From Terriglobia bacterium (lineage in GTDB: Bacteria > Acidobacteriota > Terriglobia > JAIQFV01), in NCBI GenBank assembly GCA_049685715.1, contig JBAVHJ010000751.1:1-41748 (forward strand): a stretch of 41,748 nucleotides of DNA. Reading direction: 5' to 3'. A program made the position numbers and the translations under genes. The notes under the pieces are model-generated. The model did no database searches. It had not been told where the DNA came from and was given only the letters and a program-made list of their open reading frames with translations. Positions 36,968-41,748 of the stretch are shown piece after piece. Within the stretch, counting starts at the first letter, position 1. Every line of letters starts with the position of its first letter.

Positions 36968-37927
36968 CTATTTTGAACGGTTCAAAGCATCGTCCAATCC
37001 CTCCCCAAAGAGATTGAAGGCCAGGACGACAAGAAATATCGCCGCCCCGGGCGCAAGAATCCATGGCCGCTCCGTGAGTGCCGTGACATCGAGGGCCGAG
37101 GCCAGCATGGTCCCCCAGCTTGGATCCGGTTCCTGAATTCCCAGTCCAAGGAAGGAGAGGGCAATCTCCCCCAGGATGTAATATGGAATACTGAGCAGGG
37201 CTTGAGCCGTCAGGAAAGGTGCGGTATTTGGGAGTACGTGCCGGTAGAGAACCCGGGCTCGCGTGGCACCCACGGCCCGGGCGGCCTCAACGAAATCATT
37301 TTCGCGAAGCGAAAGGACCATCCCGCGGATGACGCGGGCAATGGATCCCCAGTTGATCAGGGAGAGAATGCTGATGATCAAAAAAAAGCTTGCCGTGGAC
37401 GAAAGCTGTTTGGGGAAGACGGACCGCAGGGTGAGCAGAAGGTAAAGTGCTGGCAGGGCCATGAACAGTTCTGAGCCGCGCATGGTCACCTGATCGACCC
37501 AACCCCCCAGGAATCCCGAAAGTCCTCCCAGCAGCATCCCGAAGAAGAAGGAAATGACCACGCCCAGAACGCCAACCAGAAGCGAGATCCTTGCGCCAAA
37601 CAACAGGCGGGAAAAAATATCACGGCCAAAATCATCGCTTCCAAGTAAAAAGAAGGGATGTTCGTTCCCTGAGCCGAACAGGTGCCACCGCGATGAAACG
37701 AGCCCGAGCCATCGATAAGAATCCCCAGGGACGAAAAAACGAATCGCCGGACGCCCCCCCTCGGGAAGGGCACTGTCAGAGAAGGGGGCCGAGTTGAATG
37801 AGCTCCGATGTTGACGGGTTGGGGAATAGGGGGCCACGAAATCAGCTCCCAGAGCCATAAGAATGAACAGGAGGAGGAGCATCGATCCTCCTAACATCCT
37901 TCGATTCGGTAAGACCCCTGTCTTCAT
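36968..37927 (-). CDS. ABC transporter permease, OppC/DppC-like
   Basis: Multi-pass with the BPD_transp_1-type EAA region (DFVEAARAVGATRARVLYRHVLPN). ATG 37927 was chosen because GGAGTGGAA lies upstream. GTG 37942 is an alternative start. Confidence 0.85.
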   Translation of the reverse strand: MKTGVLPNRRMLGGSMLLLLFILMALGADFVAPYSPTRQHRSSFNSAPFSDSALPEGGRPAIRFFVPGDSYRWLGLVSSRWHLFGSGNEHPFFLLGSDDFGRDIFSRLLFGARISLLVGVLGVVISFFFGMLLGGLSGFLGGWVDQVTMRGSELFMALPALYLLLTLRSVFPKQLSSTASFFLIISILSLINWGSIARVIRGMVLSLRENDFVEAARAVGATRARVLYRHVLPNTAPFLTAQALLSIPYYILGEIALSFLGLGIQEPDPSWGTMLASALDVTALTERPWILAPGAAIFLVVLAFNLFGEGLDDALNRSK

Positions 37928-38021
37928 GACTGGAAGTTCCACTCCCGTGAAGGAACCATGGGCCTCCGAATCCAGACCGTCAATTCAAGCATCATGGGTG
38001 GATTCTCCGGCCCGAGAGACT

Positions 38022-38993
38022 CTAAACAGAATCGATCTTGATCCTTGGATCATTCAACGCGATCAACAAGTCAGCTAACAGATTTCCACCGATCAGCATG
38101 AGAGAAGCCAGCGTGAGAGAACCCATCACAAGATACAGATCGCGACTCAAGAGCGCCTCATAGGTCAGGCGCCCCAATCCGGGCCAGGACATGATGATCT
38201 CTACAAGAAATGCCCCATTGAGCAGATTGGCCACTGAAAATCCGAAGAGCGAGATGAGCGGATTCAGGGCATTGCGCATGGCATGACTTAACAAAATGCG
38301 CGAGGGATTCAATCCCTTGGCACGAGCGGCCATGATGAACGGATCATCCAGCACGTTGGAGAGGTTACTGCGCGTCTGACGGAAATAGACAATGGCCGGA
38401 TTGACCGACAGCACAAGGGCCGGCAGGGCAAGATGGTGAAGCAGGTCACGGCAGCGATCCAACCACCCCAGTTCTGTTGCGTCCAGCCGTTCTCGTCCCC
38501 CAATGGGGAACCACCCCGTCTTTGCGGCAAAGAGGATAGCGAGCAAAGCGAGCAGCACCGTGGGCATGGAGACGCCCACCGAGGAAAGGAAATGGATGAG
38601 ACGATCAGACCAGGAATCCTTCTTGACAGCGCAGAAGATACCCAGCGGGAAAGCCACGATCAGAGCCAGGGTGAGAGCGGCGGTGGAAAGTAACAAAGTG
38701 TTGGCAACATAGGTTCCGATGACCTCAGTAACAGGACGCTGATAAGCAAACGAATAGCCGAAATTACCCCGGGCGATCTGGCCCATCCATTTGACGTATT
38801 GAACATACCACGGTTGATTCAGCCCAAACTTCAGCCGGGCGGTCTCGATGGTCGTGGCATCAATCTGCGGATTGAGCTGCATGGATGAAAGAAAATCACC
38901 CTGGGCGGTATGCATCAGGAGAAAAGAAAGAAGAGTCACTCCCAAGAACAGAGGGACCGAAGCGAGCAGTCGGGGCATGAGACGGTGGAGCAT
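38022..38993 (-). CDS. ABC transporter permease, OppB/DppB-like
   Basis: From ATG 38993 the N-terminus MLHRLMPRLLASVPLFLGVTLLSFLL matches the usual OppB/DppB start. The EAA region is DPFIMAARAKGLNPSRILLSHAMRNAL. Confidence 0.85.
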   Translation of the reverse strand: MLHRLMPRLLASVPLFLGVTLLSFLLMHTAQGDFLSSMQLNPQIDATTIETARLKFGLNQPWYVQYVKWMGQIARGNFGYSFAYQRPVTEVIGTYVANTLLLSTAALTLALIVAFPLGIFCAVKKDSWSDRLIHFLSSVGVSMPTVLLALLAILFAAKTGWFPIGGRERLDATELGWLDRCRDLLHHLALPALVLSVNPAIVYFRQTRSNLSNVLDDPFIMAARAKGLNPSRILLSHAMRNALNPLISLFGFSVANLLNGAFLVEIIMSWPGLGRLTYEALLSRDLYLVMGSLTLASLMLIGGNLLADLLIALNDPRIKIDSV

Positions 38994-38999
38994 GGTCAG

Positions 39000-39028
39000 A
39001 TTATATCGGGCGGTTCTCAAATTATGAA
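39000..39028 (-). promoter_or_regulatory. Candidate promoter placed for a leaderless or near-leaderless permease mRNA
   Basis: On the minus strand: TTCATA, a 17-nt spacer, TATAAT, then CTGACC and ATG (38993). No Shine-Dalgarno sequence lies between them. Confidence 0.35.
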
Positions 39029-39048
39029 TGGAAAACAAGGCGGGATCG

Positions 39049-39084
39049 AAAAAAAAGCCCGCGCGGAGGAGGAGACGCGCAGGC
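39049..39084 (-). terminator. Strong Rho-independent terminator after the HD-GYP/GGDEF gene
   Basis: On the minus strand: GCCTGCGCG-TCTCCTCCTC-CGCGCGGGC, a 9-bp GC-rich stem with one G-U pair, followed by TTTTTTTT. Confidence 0.7.
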
Positions 39085-39130
39085 TGAGGTTGTTGCTTTG
39101 GTTGGAAGAGACCCGTTCAGTGAATTAATT

Positions 39131-41617
39131 TCATTGGATCGGAAATGTTTTCTCCTCTTCAGGAGTTTCCATGGCGAGATCAATTTGCTCGCGTCGTTTC
39201 TTTTGGGTGAACTTGTTGGCATACATGCGCGAGTCGGCGACGGCGAGGAGAGTATCGGCGTCGTTCCCATCCTGGGGAAACGTGGCGGCCCCAATACTGA
39301 GAGAGAGCTTAATGAATCGACCAAACCGTTTTTCGGGTTGGATTCCTTCGATGGCCGCTTGCACCTGGTCAATTTTTTTGTGAATATCCTCTCCCACTAG
39401 TCCCGGCAACGCGGCCATGAACTCATCTCCCCCCAGGCGCGCAACAAAATCGTAGTCCCGCAATGTACTCCTCAAGAACTTCGCAACTTGGCGCAGCACC
39501 TTGTCGCCTACCGCATGGCCGAAGGTGTCATTCACTTCCTTGAAGAAATTCAGGTCCATCGCCAGCACAGTCAACGGCGTTCCGTTTCGCCGGGCGCGCG
39601 CAATCTCCTCGTCCAGCTTGAGAAACATGTGCCGAGAGTTGGGAAGGCCCGTCAAATCGTCAGTCAAGGAGTTCTCATAAGTCTGCTCAAACGTAATCGC
39701 GTTTTTGATGGCGAGAGCCGTCTTGGCGGCGATCAACTCGAGCACGCGGAGGTTGTCCCCGATAAATTTGTTGGGAGTTTCATCGTAAAGGGTAATAACA
39801 CTGAGAACTTCCTCATTGACCTTGAGGGGCACCGACATGGCGGATCGCATCAGGGTCAAGCGTGCGGGGTCCCCCAGGTATCCGAACTCCACCAGCGGAT
39901 TGGCGTTGATCAGCGGACGTTTGTTCTCAGCAACCCAGCCGGTGATGCCCTCTCCCAGGGGAATGGCCAGATCCGAGAAGGTCTCTTTCTCTTTCCCGTC
40001 GATATACTGGGGAACCAGTTTGTCCTCCTGCCGCAGGTAGGTCACGCAGCAATCGCAGGGGATTACCTTCCTGATCTTTGAGGCAATGAGATTCAACGTC
40101 TCCACTAGATTGAGACTCGTTCCTACGGTTTGGATAAGTTCGTACAGCGAGTAGACCTCCTGGTTGGCAGCGGCGATGTTCCTGAGGTGATTGATCTGGG
40201 TGACCTCGCTGTAACCGGTGGCGGGTCGAGCCAGGGCCTCCGCTCGGGGATTCGTGTGATAAGAGAAGGAGGGAAGATTGGCGGAAACCCGGTGAGCTTC
40301 CTGTGCAGCGGCCTGAGCCTCATTCTCGAGGCTGGGGTATAAGGTTTCGAAGAGTTCGACGACCTTCGGATCAAACGCCTTTCCCTTCTGCTCGTGGATA
40401 TATCGCATGGCTTCTTCCGTAGGCAATGCCCGGCGATAGGGGCGATCCGAAGCAAGCGCGTCAAAACAATCCACCACCGAAAGGATGCGCGCGGTGATAG
40501 GAATTTCTTCTCCCGCCAGGCCGTTCGGATAACCTGTGCCATCATACTTTTCATGATGACACAGAACCACCGGCACAACAGGGTAGGGGAAGTTGACCGC
40601 CGAAAGAATCTCTGCCCCCACGAGAGGATGAACTTTCATGCGATTGAATTCCTCCGGGGTCAATTTTCCGGGTTTGTTGAGAATGTACTCCGGCACTGCC
40701 AGCTTCCCCACATCATGGAGCAAAGCTCCGGCCTTGATCGAGTGGAGTTCATCCTCACTCAGATTCATGGCGGTGCCCAGCCCCGTCGCAAAAATTCGAA
40801 CCCGTTGCAGATGCAGGTGAGTGGTTTCGTCTTTGGCATCGATGGCCAGCGCCAGCGTTTCGATCGTGCGCAAATGGAGATCTGCCATGTCCAGTAAATG
40901 CCGGTGACTCTCCTCCAGGCGGCCCATGTACATCTTGTGAGTGAAATAGGTGAGGTACAGAGGGGGAAGCGCGAGGAAAACAACGGCGATCCCGTACTTC
41001 TGATAGAAAACGGTCAAGGCCCAGGCGATTGAAGCACCCACATAAAAACTGGGAGCTGTCCAGTAGAAGTTTTCCAGCCAAACGTGACGCAGATTTCTAG
41101 TTTGACTTAATGAGATTACAATGCTGAGCAGAATAGTGCTGACCAAAAAATACACTGAAGTGGCTATGACTAATGGAAGGATTAGGAAGCTCCCTTGCGA
41201 CCAGCTCAGCCTGTTGGCGACCGCGTGGATTGTGGCGGAAGCGAGCATTACACTAATCACCAAGTTTCCAACATTGAAGGTAATACGATCTACCCGATAA
41301 CGAGTTTTTTCTGCCTTAACGTACCCGGCTAGGGCGCAAACAGCGGCTATGAGTATTGTTTCGTTTGATCCAAGGAGTAGCATGCTCGTAAACACAAAGG
41401 CATACGAAACACTGATTGAGCCAGTTGACGAGGGAAGAGGAACCTGAACGGACGCTGATATAGCACCGAGAACTGCCAAAGTGACAAGTTCTCTCCAGTG
41501 AGTCTGGTACGATGCGTTGATGGCAGCGTTTATAAGAAGGTACCCGCCTATAGTCGAAGTAAGAAGTATACAAATATTCAGGACAGGTATCTTTTGGGAG
41601 ACCTTACTCAAACTCAA
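39131..41617 (-). CDS. Membrane-anchored c-di-GMP turnover protein: multi-TM N-terminus, HD-GYP, GAF and GGDEF domains
   Basis: TTG start lies behind GAGGAGG. About 230 aa of TM helices are followed by HD-GYP (LLHDVGK, HHEKYDGTGYP), a GAF-like segment (GEGITGWVAENKRPL), and GGDEF (RLGGDEF) with RDYD at the I-site position. Confidence 0.9.
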   Translation of the reverse strand: MSLSKVSQKIPVLNICILLTSTIGGYLLINAAINASYQTHWRELVTLAVLGAISASVQVPLPSSTGSISVSYAFVFTSMLLLGSNETILIAAVCALAGYVKAEKTRYRVDRITFNVGNLVISVMLASATIHAVANRLSWSQGSFLILPLVIATSVYFLVSTILLSIVISLSQTRNLRHVWLENFYWTAPSFYVGASIAWALTVFYQKYGIAVVFLALPPLYLTYFTHKMYMGRLEESHRHLLDMADLHLRTIETLALAIDAKDETTHLHLQRVRIFATGLGTAMNLSEDELHSIKAGALLHDVGKLAVPEYILNKPGKLTPEEFNRMKVHPLVGAEILSAVNFPYPVVPVVLCHHEKYDGTGYPNGLAGEEIPITARILSVVDCFDALASDRPYRRALPTEEAMRYIHEQKGKAFDPKVVELFETLYPSLENEAQAAAQEAHRVSANLPSFSYHTNPRAEALARPATGYSEVTQINHLRNIAAANQEVYSLYELIQTVGTSLNLVETLNLIASKIRKVIPCDCCVTYLRQEDKLVPQYIDGKEKETFSDLAIPLGEGITGWVAENKRPLINANPLVEFGYLGDPARLTLMRSAMSVPLKVNEEVLSVITLYDETPNKFIGDNLRVLELIAAKTALAIKNAITFEQTYENSLTDDLTGLPNSRHMFLKLDEEIARARRNGTPLTVLAMDLNFFKEVNDTFGHAVGDKVLRQVAKFLRSTLRDYDFVARLGGDEFMAALPGLVGEDIHKKIDQVQAAIEGIQPEKRFGRFIKLSLSIGAATFPQDGNDADTLLAVADSRMYANKFTQKKRREQIDLAMETPEEEKTFPIQ

Positions 41618-41748
41618 GTTTCCTCCTCAGGATAATACTCGATTTCAGAGATGAAGAATCCTGCGCGATGGAGACACATAACCCTTGCTTAAAACCCTCC
41701 TTAGTTTTCACCTTGAATTAGCACCGAAGAACTCCACAGCACGTTTCC

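Noticed and set aside
1-41748. Searched for CRISPR arrays, transposase/integrase genes, rRNA/tRNA genes, and flanking direct repeats marking an island.
   Set aside because: None found. No spaced repeat array exists, no recombinase-like ORF appears in the six-frame track, and no convincing cloverleaf or rRNA signature is present.

Overview
This is a 41.7-kb, densely coding chromosomal segment, most likely from an Acidobacteriota genome. The taxonomic guess rests on two ~1,100-aa TonB-dependent receptors with N-terminal carboxypeptidase-regulatory-like domains and a VWFA protein of the acidobacterial type. I saw no rRNA, tRNA, CRISPR array, transposase, integrase or obvious defence genes.

Gene content in order:
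- Housekeeping genes at the 5' end: lepB (5'-truncated), nth, an acyl-CoA dehydrogenase, a DsbD-N-like secreted protein and pruA.
- A 1.6-kb lower-GC, ORF-poor gap carrying two diverged paralogous small Cys-containing ORFs.
- A geranylgeranyl-reductase-family flavoprotein, an MscS channel, TonB-dependent receptor 1, an M20 peptidase and a VWA protein.
- A four-gene acyl-chain cluster: an SDR, a KAS III-like protein lacking the His/Asn of the catalytic triad, an AMP ligase and an SCP-x-type thiolase. A heptamer-periodic repeat lies in its internal spacer.
- mobA overlapping an orphan MlaF-like ATPase, then murA.
- A TetR regulator, TonB-dependent receptor 2 and an alpha/beta hydrolase.
- A minus-strand operon for PTS-independent MurNAc/GlcNAc catabolism: two Opp/Dpp-type permeases with no binding protein or ATPase, a SIS deaminase, a BadF-type kinase, an SSS transporter, a two-TM protein, murQ and nagA.
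- A membrane-anchored HD-GYP/GAF/GGDEF protein.

The best candidate for something undescribed is the small-ORF pair at 5731-6635. The second is the non-canonical KAS III-like/thiolase cluster with its heptad repeat. All product calls come from motif recognition by eye, and no database search was run.
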